NCBI RefSeq assembly: GCF_030028105.1
Contig: NC_092379.1
Location: forward strand, 46,486,150-46,550,149
Origin: Mobula birostris
Lineage: Eukaryota
Length of the DNA stretch: 64,000 nucleotides
Direction of reading: 5' to 3'
Both the position numbers and the translations under genes were made by a program. The first letter of the stretch is position 1, and every line of letters starts with the position of its first letter. This document shows positions 37,200 through 49,544 of the stretch, piece by piece. The notes beneath the pieces are model-generated. The model saw nothing but the letters and a program-made list of their open reading frames with translations. It had not been told where the DNA came from and searched no databases.

Positions 37200-37900
37200 T
37201 GGATTTCATAGTCTACACATACGAATGTTTTTGTCTACTTAGCCTACCAGTGTCACTGATAATTCTGCGTGGTGTTATCGGGTAACTACTCAGTTTCTTT
37301 CACTTCAGAACAAAACAAGCCCAGCGATTCTAATTACTCCCTATAACTGACGTTCTCCAATCCAGTTAACATACAGTTGAATCTCTTATGCACTCTTTCC
37401 AGCGCAATGCCATTCACCTTAAAACGAGGCGACGAGAGTGCAAAATCGAGTGCACTAGTGTTTAATAAAGTTTAAGCAGAGCGTCCTAAATTTCATCTGC
37501 TAATCCTGACCTGTGAAAGCAAGTATGCCGTGTTCCTTTGTCAACACACCAGCTACCAGTGCTGCCACTTTCGGGGAACTATGGACTTAAACCCCAATAT
37601 CTCTCTGTTCATAAATGTTCCTTAATAATGAGCTATTTTCTATTCATTGCATACCCCCTTCTTCAGTTCCCAAACTGCATCGACACGCATTTGTCCATCT
37701 GCTGCCGCACAATCTAACATTGTATTTGAAGAGTATTGCCGCAGCTTTTGACGCCCATCATCGCGATTCAAAACACCACCAAGTTTAGTCTTATGCATTA
37801 CTCAGAAATGATATTTTCTATATGCACATACAAATCGTTATATCACAAACAACAAAGCTCTTAGGACCGTGGTACGCCCCTCGTGATACACTCCAAAACA
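37200..37900 (-). mobile_element. Heavily decayed CR1 RT fragment
   Basis: Scattered matches to the CR1 3' region on the minus strand. Confidence 0.5.
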
Positions 37901-38134
37901 GAATGTTATCGTCATCATTACCCTTAGCAGCTCACTAACAATTAGACCGCTCACTACGGAACGTTAAACAACTTGACCAGCGTATAGTTAGGAAACTTGT
38001 CAAATGCAAAAAGAGCCACTGTTTCCTTCATCGCAGAACCTACAATTCTTGCTGTGTACTTGCACCATTTCGCTTCAACCACATTTCGGAAAGACAGTTT
38101 TTGGAGATTAACACTGGTTGACCTTCTCTTGCAG

Positions 38135-38452
38135 CCAAAGCAGTGGAACCAACGGTACGTCTCTTTCCCCCCTCTGCAGAGGTGATTCAAACTGCGGGTA
38201 TCGCTACGCTCACATGCATGATAACGGGATTTTACCCCGATGACATAACCGTTTTGTGGCAGAAGGACGGAGCCGCATTCTACTCGAACGCTACCAGCTT
38301 CCCCACTGCGCTTCAACAGGACATGACCTTCAACACCAGAAGCCTCCTTTACTTGACTTCAGCCGATTGGAAGAAGGACGCAACATACTCCTGTGTCGTC
38401 ACGCACCCACTTTCACAATCTACTGTGAAAGCAAACATCAGCACCCCAAAAA
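38135..38452 (+). CDS. IgNAR: IgNAR C3 exon
   Basis: CTTGCAG acceptor, GTAAGC donor, 318 nt. RLFPPSAE.IQ...ATLTCMI.GFYPD.I.V.WQKD...FPTALQQDMTF.TRSLL...YSC..THP.SQSTVK matches IgNAR C3. Confidence 0.95.
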
Positions 38453-38974
38453 GTAAGCACAATTTGCCAAAAGGCTCACATCCATTCCGTGCTTTACTAT
38501 CCAGTCAAGAGATAAAAATACAACAAAGGTCGGCAATGAGCAGATTGAAACGATCATTACCGTAGTACTGTATTAGTAATCAGACCTCTCCGACGATCCG
38601 ATACAATAACATATGTGAGCGTCAACTAAAATTAGTGTTATATAATCGGGTCTCTGTTGAACATGCGGAGACAAACTGAACTATAGTGTTAAAATGCCTC
38701 ACCAATAGGATCTCAATAGGGTAAGCTGGAAGAACGTGCATAAATATTAATTGATGAATGACACTCTAAACGGAGCCATTCTTGGCGTTTCTAATTATAC
38801 TCTAAGATCATACATCAATGAACCACACCTGTAAATAGACTTATTTAAGGTCAAGTACAATATGATCAATAGATAAGAATTAGCATACTAATAACTCGCA
38901 AGTGATAGAGTGGTGCTTTATTGATGAGTCTCCGACATGACCGGCAGGAATAATTGAGTGAGAAACGTTCTCAG

Positions 38975-39230
38975 TAAGAAGTTGTACGTTCTCCCGTGGA
39001 ATTCGTGGGTTTCCTCCTGGTACTCCGGTTTCGTTCCGCAGTCTAAAGACGTACTGGGTAGTAGGTTTGTTGGTTATTCTGAATTGACCAGTGATTAGGC
39101 CAGGGTTATATCGGGGGTTTGCTGGCGGTGCGGCCCGAATGGCCGGAAGGGCCTATTCTGCATATATCTATAAATAAGTAAGTAAGTAAATAGATAAATA
39201 GATAGATGGATACATAGATACATCTTCGAT
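38975..39230 (+). mobile_element. V-SINE/HE1-like SINE
   Basis: GTGGGTTTCCTCCTGGTACTCCGGTTTC...AAAGACGTA central domain, CR1-like 3' end GGCCGGAAGGGCC and (TAAG/TAGA)n tail. Confidence 0.75.
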
Positions 39231-39499
39231 GGAACTGGAAAATAGATATGCCTCTCGGTGAGGAGAGTGAATCCACATTTATGGCCACTTTATTTTTATC
39301 TCGCATGGTGTTGATGATGCTCGGCCCTGATCTCACAACAACGCACAATGCCATCCACGAATATCTACAAGGAATGTTCATTCTACCGTGTAGGGAGTTC
39401 AGACTATAGCTGTTTTTACGGAAAACTGGAATGTAGTCTACAGGAAGTTGTGTCAATCATTTGGACAATTAGATCCCATTGTACAGTGAAATACGATTC

Positions 39500-39790
39500 A
39501 TTTATTTAGCGATACAACGCGGAGTAGGCCATTCCGGCTTTTCGAGGGACGCCTCCCCAGCAGCTGCACAACCCCAATTAACCGTATCCTAATCACAAGT
39601 CAATTTACAATGACTAATTAACCTACCCGGTCGGTCTCTTGACTGTGTGAGGAAAGCGGAGCATCCGGGAAAACCAAGGTATTCCACCGGGAGGACTTAC
39701 TGACCTCTTGCAGAATGGTACAGGCATTGAACTCCGAACTCCAGAACGCTCCGACCTGTCATAACGTCGCTCTGCCTCTGCGCTACCTTG
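39500..39790 (-). mobile_element. V-SINE/HE1-like SINE, inverted relative to the preceding copy
   Basis: Reverse-complement central domain GGAAAGCGGAGCATCCGGGAAAACC and a tRNA-like head toward 39790. Confidence 0.7.
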
Positions 39791-41409
39791 GCGTTGTGTT
39801 GTCGGTTGGCAATGGTTGGAGTCATACATTGCACCAAAGGAAATGATGAAAATCATTGTGCAGGCGCAATAACATCATCGTATTAGATTCTCAGGGCAGG
39901 TTTTAAATACCCTTCAGCAACTTCATGAATGTTAACTCCTGCCCATGATAAGGACAGATGGTTGTTTATGAATGTATATTGCTCAAATCTAATCACAACT
40001 CCTTATCAAGTGAACCTATCCACGAATTATTGCGGGAAGATCTATGTGGCAAGTGAAAGTGAAATTTCTACGACATTAGTTCCAGACAATATTTAATAGA
40101 AACTGGAACAATCTGCTCTTGATATTCTATGCTTTACGCAGACCACTATGAACCCCAATACTTTTCAGTCTCTGACTATTCATAGAATACGCTATCGTTC
40201 TATTCATTTCTCCTAAGTTGATATCCTCAGGTTTTCCACCTTACATTCAAACATCTAAATATTAGCAATTTATTTTCTAGTCCACATCCCTCCAAACTTT
40301 CCCGGAATCCTTCTCACAGTAATTACTTGACTAGAAAAGGTGTCGAATGCTATACACCAATGCGAGTAAGGTTGGATGAGCATAGGTTGGTCTCTCGGAG
40401 CGAAGTGGGCTGAAGAGCCCGTTTCTGTGCTCTAAACTCAATCTTTGTTTTCATGCTTTTCCTTCCTTAATTTTCTGTTCTTATTGTCTGATCGTAAAGA
40501 CCACATTATTTCACACCGTCAGAAAAAGTACACTTATCGCACCCGCTGCACTCCACCATCTTCTCTCGCGCCTGAAAAGTCAAGTTCTCCAGCTTCGTAT
40601 AGTTCACACTTTCATTTTCACCAGAAATGACCATTTCTATCAGTAATCCATCTGCGATTTCCTTCAAATTTTCTCTCTCCATTAGTACAGCCTAGCCTGC
40701 TGGGCACAATCTACGGCCCCGCTGTTGGCAACGCCTATGAGAAAGTGGCATAATCGGCTTTTAGCTGTCGCATTAACCAATTCGTCACCACCCTGTACAG
40801 ACGAGTGGTTTTGGACTCAAAACGTTAGTTTCTCCCGTTATGCGCCGCTGTGCGTAGCCTGCTTAGTGCGTCCAACATTTCGTGATTTATAAATGAATAA
40901 TTTTCATTTGTACGTTTCCATAGTGAGATACTGTACCATTATGCTTCATTGTTGTCATTATTTAAAACCTCTACTTCTACATTGCAAAGCAGATTCCGTT
41001 CAGCGTAGCAGCCAGTAATGATGATGCTGTGCGTCTTATCACCGACCCAACATTCCTTTCAATTGCACTCAAGGGAACGGGAACGCGTTTTCCCATTCAC
41101 CGTAATGCTGGCATGTTTGGTATTTAGTCCTATTATTTTTGAAGGGGGGTTGTTGCCTAAAACTCAGGACATTGTTCAAGCAACTTAATTTAGCCATCGA
41201 ACTGCGCGGCTCCGCCTGGCCTAATCACGGAACCATTTACAATGACTTATTTCCAGCTGGCATAGTTTGCATATTGTTGTTTGATTGTTTGTGGGTTTTG
41301 TATTGCGATATTTATGCTCTATTCTTGGTTGGTGCAGCTGTAACGAAACCAAATTTCCCTCGGGATCAATAAAGTATGCATATCTATCTATCTATCTATC
41401 TATTAATCG

Positions 41410-41560
41410 ACCAAACAGAGTGTGGGTGAAAACCGGAGACACGAGGGAAACCCACATGGTCAAGGTAGAGAACGTAAAATTTTCTTACAGGATGGCGGCA
41501 GAAATTGAACCCTGGTCGCTGGTAGTGTAAAGCGTTGTTTTGACCACAGCCACCCTTGCT
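41410..41560 (-). mobile_element. V-SINE fragment
   Basis: AAAACCGGAGACACGAGGGAAACCCACATGG reverse central box. Confidence 0.6.
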
Positions 41561-42174
41561 CTATGAGAATTGTATTTTGAAACATTCACCAGAAGGCTCA
41601 GAAACGGAATACGACCAGATAAGTTTGTCACGATAAAGAAACAGGAAGATACAATATAGAAAAATGAGTGGACCAATCAAACCCCCGAACTGTCATTCAT
41701 TGAGATCATAGGTGATCTCATTATTGATTCATTTGGGCTTCCCAGTCTACTTGGTGCAAATACGAGATTGCCAATATACACTATGATCTGTACTCTGTAA
41801 CAAGTCCTCGAACCTTTTTTTCAGTCCACGATGGAAAGTTTTCATAACACTTTGAGAGACGAAATTCCTCCCCATGTCTGTCTTTACTTCATTGCTATTT
41901 ATTCAGAAAATGCATCTCTTAGCTGCAGATTATAAACACAAGATTCTGCTTATGATGGTATCCAGTGTAACACACAGTAAGTGCAAGACAAACGCAGCAG
42001 GTCAGGCATTATTGATGGAGAGGAATGTACAGTCAATGTTCAGGACGGCAGTTATTTATTCCTGTTCCTAGATGCTGTCTAACCTGCTGAGTTCCTACTT
42101 CATTTTGTGTGTATTTCTCTTTGTTGTAGGTCACTCATAGGTGGAAACTTTCACAATATTCATCTTTATCATGC

Positions 42175-44640
42175 ACAGGAACAGGAAGGGAGCAGTTACT
42201 CTACTGGGGGTATTCTATAGGCCCCCTGGTAGCAGCAGAGATACAGAGGAGCAGATTGGGAGGCAGATTTTGGAAAGGTGCAAAAATAACAGGGTTGTTA
42301 TCATGGGTGATTTTAACTTCCATAATATTGATTGGCACCTGATTAGTTCCAAGGGTTTAGATGGGGCAGAATTTGTTAAGTATGTCCAGGATGGATTCCT
42401 GTCACAGTATGTGGACAGGCCGACCAGGGGGTAATGCCATACTAGATCTAGTACTAGGTAATGAACCGGGTCAGGTCACAGATCTCTCAGTGGGTGAGCA
42501 TCTGGAGGACAGTGACCACCGCTCCCTGGCCTTTATAATTATCATGGAAAAGGATAGAATCAAAGAGGACAGGAAAATTTTTAATTGGGGAAAAGCAAAT
42601 TATGAGGCTATACGGCTAGAACTTGCGAGTGTGAATTGGGGTGATATTTTTGCAGGGAAATTTACTATGGACATGTGGTCGATGTTTAGAGATATCTTGC
42701 GGCATGTAAGGGATAAATTTGTCCCGGTGAGGAAGATAAAGAATGGCAGGGTGAAGGAACCATGGGTGACAAGTGAGGTGGAAAATCTAGTCAGGAGGAA
42801 GAAGGCAGCATACATGAGGTTTAGGAAACAAGGATCAAATGGGTCTATTGAGGAATATAGGGAAGCAAGAAAGGAGCTTATGAAGGGGCTGAGAAGAGCT
42901 AGACGGGAGCATGAGGAGGCCTTGGTGAGTAGGGTAAAGGAAAACCCCAAGGCATTCTTCAATTATGTGAAGAAAAAAAGGATGACAGGATGAGAGGGAA
43001 CTTGATGATGGTGAGGACAATATGAGTGAGGTTGATGTTCTGGAGCATGCTGATATTAAGGGAGAGGAGGTGTTGGAGTTGTTAAAATACATTAGGACAG
43101 GTAAGTCCCCGGGGCCTCACGGAATATTCCATGAGGCGAGAGAAGAGATTGCTGAGCTTCTGGCTAGGATCTTTACATCCTCGTTGTCCACGGGAATGGT
43201 ACCGGAGGGTTGGAGGGAGGCGAATGTTGTTCCCTTGTTCAAAAAAGGTAGTAGGGATAGTCCGGGTAATTATAGACCAGTGGGCCTTACGTCTGTGGTG
43301 TGACAGCTGTTGGAAAAGAGTCTTAGAGATAGGATCTATAGGCATTTAGAGAATCATGGTCTGATCAGGGACAGTCAGCATGGCTTTGTGAAGGGCAGAT
43401 CGTGTCTAACAAGCCTGAGAGAGTTCTTTGAGGAGGTGACCAGGGATATAGATGAGGGTAGTGCAGTATATGTGATCTATATGGATTTTAGTAAGGCGTT
43501 TGACAAGGTTCCACATGGTAGGCCTATTCAGAAAGTTAGAAGGCATGGGATCCAGGGAAGTTTGGCCATGTGGATTCAGAATTGGCTTGCCTGCAGAAGG
43601 CAGAGGGTGGTGGTGGAGGGAGTACATTCAGATTGGAGGATTGTGACTCGTGGTGTCCCACAAGGATCTGTTCTGGGACCGCTACTTTTCGTGATTTTTA
43701 TTACCGACCTGGATGTGGGGGTTGAAGGATGGGTTGGCAAGTTTGCAGACGACACAAAGGTTGGTGGTGTTGTAGATAGTGTAGAGGATTGTCAAAGATT
43801 GCAGAGAGACATTGATAGGATGCAGAAGTGGGCTGAGAAGTGGCAGATGGAGTTCAACCCAGAGAAGTGTGAGGTGGTACACTTTGGAAGGACAAACTCC
43901 AAGGCAGAGTACGAAGTAAATGGCAAGATACTTGGTAGTGTGGAGGAGCTGAGGGATCTCGGGGTGCATGTCCACAGATCCCTGAAAGTTGCCTCACAGG
44001 TGGATAGGGTAGTTAAGAAAGCTTATGGGGTGTTAGCTTTCATACGTCGAGGGATAGAGTTTAAGAGTCACGATGTAATGATGCAGCTCTATAAAACTCT
44101 GGTTAGGCCACACTTGGAGTACTGTGTCCAGTTCTGGTCGCCTCACTATAAAAAGGATGTGGAAGCATTGGAAAGGGTACAGAGGAGATTTACCAGGATG
44201 CTGCCTGGTTTAGAAAGTATGCATTATGATCAGAGATTAAGGGAGCTAGGGCTTTACTCTTTGGAGAGAAGGAGGATGAGAGGAGACATGATAGAGGTGT
44301 ACAAGATAATAAGAAGAATAGATAGAGTGGATAGCCAGCGCCTCTTCCCCTGGGCACGACTGCTCAATACAAGAGGACATGGCTTTAAGGTAAGGGGTGG
44401 GAAGTTCAAGGGGGATATTAGGGGAAGGTTTTTAACTCAGAGAGTGGTTGGTGCGTGGAATGCACTCCCTGAGTCAGTGGTGGAGGCAGATACACTAGTG
44501 AAGTTTAAAAGACTACTAGACAGGTATATGGGGGAATCTAAGGTGGGGGCTTATATGGAAGGCAGGGTTTGAGGGTCGGCACAACATTGTGGGCCGAAGG
44601 GCCTGTACTGTGCTGTACTATTCTATGTTCTATGTTCTAC
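42175..44640 (+). mobile_element. CR1 (HER1-type) LINE, 5'-truncated, RT largely intact
   Basis: APE from ~42175. 420-aa RT reading frame 43310-44572 (QHGF, DFSKAFDKV, QGSVLGP, FADDTK, TRGH). (TTCTATG)n tail. Same subfamily as copy A at 24-30 kb. Confidence 0.95.
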
Positions 44641-45437
44641 AATACGATTTTACTTGTTTCAGAACATCAGCGTACATGATTCTGAACTCCATTATGTGTA
44701 ATTGCAATCCTTTCAATTCTTGCTCGGGAGGCAAGTTACTCATTCCAATGAATAAACTACTAAACGCTTGCAGTATTGTCAGTGCAAAAAAAAAAGTTGT
44801 CCTTCATTATGCAGACTAAAAATATGGGCATTATTCAAAGACTGCCTTCGGGCGCACGTTATACTTTTCGACATCTATTTATTGTGTAATGAAGCCGAGT
44901 GCTGCATAACACACCTTGATTACTCGCGGCCTTGTTTTGCAATATTCCTCCTTTTACGTCCAGCGGTGCTGACCAACTATACAACAGTTCAAAACATGTC
45001 AAGGAAAAAATCATTCTTTGTGTTTAACGCAGATAACGGTTCTTGCTCGCGAAAATAATACGTAAAGCTGTGAACAGCGTAATTTAGAGTGTTAGTTCAT
45101 TGAGGCGGGTTAAAGAAAATATGAACAGTCACAGACATTACACCACGCGGCACCAGGTGTCAGATTAAGTAGCAAACAGTAAAGTACACCAACTCCTTCA
45201 CATTTGACATGTGACGGATCAGATGTTGATTGGAAACATAGAGACGCAATGAGCCCATCGACCAATCTTTTTCCTGTAAAAATGCAGCCTCCAGCTGATA
45301 ATAAATCCACGAATTTACGAGGAAAATATTAAAACATTTTATTTTGTTACTGTACTCTTTCGATCCATTCGGTCGGTTTGACTCTTTGCCTCTCTCGGAT
45401 GTTCACTGGATTCCCTGTTCTTGTTCTATCATTGCAG

Positions 45438-45775
45438 GTAAAGTAGAGAATGCTGACGCAGACGCAGATTCAGCTTTTGTTTGCATGGACCCGAAGTCAA
45501 ATGAAGACATCCAACTAATGGTGTCCGTCCTGATGAAGGTCTCGGGCCGTAAAGTCGATCGTTATTCTGCTCCATAGATGCTGCCTGACCTGCTGAGCTC
45601 CTCCAGTATTTTGCATGTTGCTCTGAATTTTCAGTATCTGCAGAATCTCTTGTGTAGATGATAACATCAGACAGCTGAATTTATAATAGCATTGATGCTG
45701 TGTGTGTGAATTTATAGTTTTGTTTCTCTTTATCCTATCAGTTTGTTTCTGAATTCTGCTATGTCAATGACTGGT
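45438..45775 (+). pseudogene. Possible decayed IgNAR membrane-proximal/transmembrane exon split by a Penelope tail
   Basis: Strong acceptor (TTCCCTGTTCTTGTTCTATCATTGCAG). Splicing from C3 gives SKVENADADADSAFVCMDPKSNEDIQLM in frame. A PLE tail occupies ~45525-45656. After it come DDNI and, out of frame, FIVLFL (45711-45728). Confidence 0.25.
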
Positions 45776-47689
45776 TTTGGTTGGAATTTCACAGAACATT
45801 TGCAAAGCAATGAAATGCAAAGTGTATTCCTCTGAATAATATAAAATAAACTGGGGTGAAATAATTGTCCAGCAGTGAAAGATTGCAATCTACCACAAAT
45901 GTGAAAGAATTAAATGCACCTTGCAATCTGGTATTGCAATTTCATACTTCAACAAAACTATCAGTTTAGTCTGACCTTATGAGCGGCGCCCTCTCTTACT
46001 ATCCATATTCACTGACAAAGGAAAACTTACGAGTTGTTTCGAACTGACTCTTCGTATCTTCTCCATTGTCTGCATTTCAAAATAATGTTTATACTCAAGG
46101 TTCTGCACTAAGAAACGGCTACTGAATTAAGTAAACTATAATTCTCTCTGTCCAGCAGTTTAATCAGTTACTTTCCTTTATAAAAGAAAAATTAAATTGG
46201 AGGGTGCGTGATTATAACTCGCAAACCACGTGGAAATATTATAAAGCAATTGCGCAAATAACAAAACTTGAAGGATATCTATTGGATTTTGGAAGTAATT
46301 GCATTGTTCCATTTAAGTGATTCTATCAGACTGGAATTCTACAAAGGAATATACTGATTACGACTTCTGTTTATGCTTATTGATACTTTGCCAGGAGAGT
46401 AGCTATTCCATACGCTGCGTGTCTGCAGTTCCGAATAAATTACAAAGCTTTTCTGGCGCTAATACATGGGATGGTGCCCAGTCACATAATGTATATTCAA
46501 GACCTCAAATAAAGCAAACAATTACCTGTCAATCAGTCCCCTTTAGTGTTCATCCACCTTCCCTTTCACCCACGGCATTCTGTCCTCTCCTATCAGATTT
46601 CCCCTTCCTCAGCCCTTTATCTCTTTCACCAATCAACTTCCCAGTTCTTTACTAGAAACCTTCCCCGTCCCGGTGTCTCCCATCACCAGCCATCTTGTAC
46701 TTCTTCTTCCCCTCTTCTCACCCTCTTATTCTAAATTCTCCCCTTCCTTTCCAGTCCTAATAAATGGTCTTTGCCCGAAACATCGAGTGTTTACTTTTGT
46801 CCATAGATGTTGCCTGGCCTGCTGAGTTCTGCCAGCATTTTGTGTGCGTTGCAAACAAATGAGCATGCTGTGCTCCAAAGTAGAACCAGCTTTACTTTTT
46901 CCTACAGGAGTACTTATTATAATAATAATTATTATAATACTCTGACGTATTATTGCCAAATGTCAACAAAGAGATTGCAGTATAATGCTAATTGACTGCT
47001 TTTTTAACCATTGAAAATTCCGGTCTAAAATTCATATGCCTACAAATACTTTTTTTAAAAAAATACTGTATCTATTTCAATGCTACACTGACTATTGATA
47101 AAACCGAACCACAATGCTAATTAAATCCGCATGATGAGTAAAGGAAATAAGGTAAAGATTCAACTCAGACAAGCAACGTCTTTTGAAGCAGAGGATCAAT
47201 CAAATAATTTTCTGGAGATTTTACCGTGTTACAAAAAAAAACGGAAATTATTAAACCAGTGTAATTAATTTTGGTTATGAATATTACAAATTAATTAAAT
47301 ATTCTACCTTAATCGTACGTTAATAATATTAATCAAGTTGTTTGCTTATCGTTGTCGACTAGATGTAATCAGTAACTTTCCAAACAGATGTTTTAAATGT
47401 ATCAAGAACATTTAAATAAATTTTAACCATATTTGAATTAAAGTGAAAGAGTGGCACTTGTAAATTGTTGTTTCAATGCGTTTTGTAATATACTATTTGA
47501 TATTTGGATACATTCATCAAAATGATTGTTTATTTTTCATTGAAACTATTATCAAATATTGTCGTATGAAAGTCAGGGTTAAAATAATCTGTGTCACAAA
47601 ATCATAACATGAGCGAATGAAGTAAAGTTTAAAAAGTTCGTGCAATGGTTCATTCGTTCAGTCACAACAGGATGCGGTGGAATTTTAGT

Positions 47690-48810
47690 TACGAAACCTT
47701 GCTGGCTTTATGAGGGGGAAATCGCGCCTCACGAGCATGTTTGAAGGTTATGACAAAAATGATGAAGGTAGAGAAGTGCATGTGTTGTATATGGATTTTA
47801 GAAATGTATTTGACAAGATTCCTCAAGGCAGGCTTTTTCCAGTCAGACGTGAGACGTGGGATCCATGGAAGCTTAGCTGCACGGAATAGATTTGGCTTTC
47901 CGGTAGAAGTCAGAGCGTGGTGGAACATAGAGGGTATTCTTCCTGGAGGTTGGTGACGAGTGGTTTTCCGCAGGGATTGTTCTGTGACACCTACTTTTTG
48001 TGTTCTTTTTAAATATAGATGAAGAAGTGGAAGGGTGAGTTAGTACATTTGCAAAGGAGATGGGTGTTGAGGAGGAACGGTGAGTTAGTATGTTTGCAAA
48101 GGAGATGGGTGAGGAGGTGGAACGGTGAGTTAGTATGTTTGCAAAGGAGACGGGTGAGGAAGTGGCAGGGTGCGTTAGTAAGTTTGCGGATGACACAAAC
48201 ATTAGCGGTATTGTGATTAGTGCAAAAGGTTGTCGTAGGCAACAACGAGATACAGGCAGAATACAGAGCTGGATGGAAAAATGGCAGATGGATGTTGGAC
48301 TGAGGATTTTTTTCAGGAGCTGTGAGGTAATCGCAACTGTGTTGGATCTCTATAAAACTGTGTTTACACCACATTTAAAGCTTCCACGTCTTTTCTATAA
48401 TAAAGCAAGTTCAGTTCTTCTTACTTCAATACAGGAAGGATGTGGAAGCTTTAGAAAGGGTGCAGAGGAAATTTAACAGAATCCAGCCTGGATTGGAGAG
48501 CATGCATGTGCGATATAAGGCTTTCCTCTGTGGAGCGAAGGTGGATGAGAGGCGTTTCCGATTACAAGAAGCATAGAGAGCTCCATTTCTCAGTGAGACA
48601 ATGGCCGGTAGTAGAGGACATACGTGGAAGCAGAGTAGAGTAAAGATTCGGAGAGATGCCAGAGATTGTTTTTGTGTTTGCTTTGAGAGTGATGGGTGCC
48701 TGGAAAGCTCTGCCTGCGATGGTGGTCAAGAGGAACATTTAGAGACTCCCAGATAGGCACATATGGTGGACTATGGTTAAATGGGCCATTGCTTAATCAC
48801 GGCAGCAGCT
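47690..48810 (+). mobile_element. Decayed CR1 RT fragment with an internal ~45-bp tandem amplification (48020-48200)
   Basis: GTGAGTTAGTA(T/C)(G/A)TTTGCAAAGGAGA repeats about three times before VSKFADDT. Confidence 0.7.
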
Positions 48811-49029
48811 TATTTGGGACAATTCTGAAGGAACAAAAGCTGTTCGAAAACATCAGCCAGGATTCCCTTCATTTATTTAGCACACTACCCATGTTCACTG
48901 AGACACAAGATTGTTGCCAAAGTTTCTAACTAGGGTCAGTCGCGTACACTTGTGTGGCGAACATTGTGCTTCGACCGAGCAGTTTTTATTAGCGTCTGTT
49001 TTGTGTGTTTGTGTCCATGAAGCAGTGTT

Positions 49030-49544
49030 TTTTTTGTCGCTGTTAGCTGCTCAGAAGTAAGCAGGAAAACAATTCGGAAATGCATTGCTCGCTGCGGTTT
49101 CAAATATTCAGCAGTGGAGACGGCCGGGAGTGAAAATGAAACAATTTGACTACTTCAACAATCAGAAAATACGAAGAATTTGAAGGTTTCGACAATTATT
49201 TTGAATGTTTCGAGTGCATTGTATTAAGGCAGTCCATTATCTACACAACGTGCCTGCGCTGATGTGTTCACAGTCAATCAAAAGAATAGGACAGCATAGA
49301 GTGTGGATTAATTCCTACCATTATAATTCCTACGAACTAAAATTTTATAGTACTGTAGTAGTATTATTAGTGCTCTAATTTGTTATGTATTTCATTTGAA
49401 TAATTTGTTACTCATTTAAACCGTTGTTTGTCTTTTTTATATGTTTTAAAATATTTCCATGAAACTTCCCCTAATTGGGGCAGCCACCCAATTGGGCCAA
49501 ACTGTACTGGTCCCGCTGCGTCCTAATTAAGCGGCATCTACTGT
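49030..49544 (+). mobile_element. pogo/Tigger-like DNA transposon 3' remnant
   Basis: EVSRKTIRKCIARCGF resembles the Tigger DDE C-terminal motif (V...TI.NCF...GF). Ends in the TIR-like GCGGCATCTACTGT. Confidence 0.55.

Noticed and set aside
38453-38565. C3 read-through as a secretory tail
   Set aside because: KSKHNLPKGSHPF...SLP has no Cys or tailpiece motif, and the GTAAGC donor is canonical.
40052-40064. IRF/ISRE-like AGTGAAAGTGAAA downstream of C3
   Set aside because: Isolated motif with no supporting cluster or conservation data.
40504-40690. Short minus-strand frame MERENLKEIADGLLIE...CSGCDKC
   Set aside because: About 58 aa with no recognisable family or splice context; probably a repeat remnant.
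43310-44572. 420-aa RT ORF as an active or domesticated gene
   Set aside because: The upstream ORF2 has in-frame stops (e.g. 42432, 43301) and a deletion near 42993; it is a dead, recent CR1 copy.
46317-46655. ORF with LCLLILC as a possible TM or C exon
   Set aside because: No Ig fold or CART motif, and the 3' part runs into a Penelope tail.
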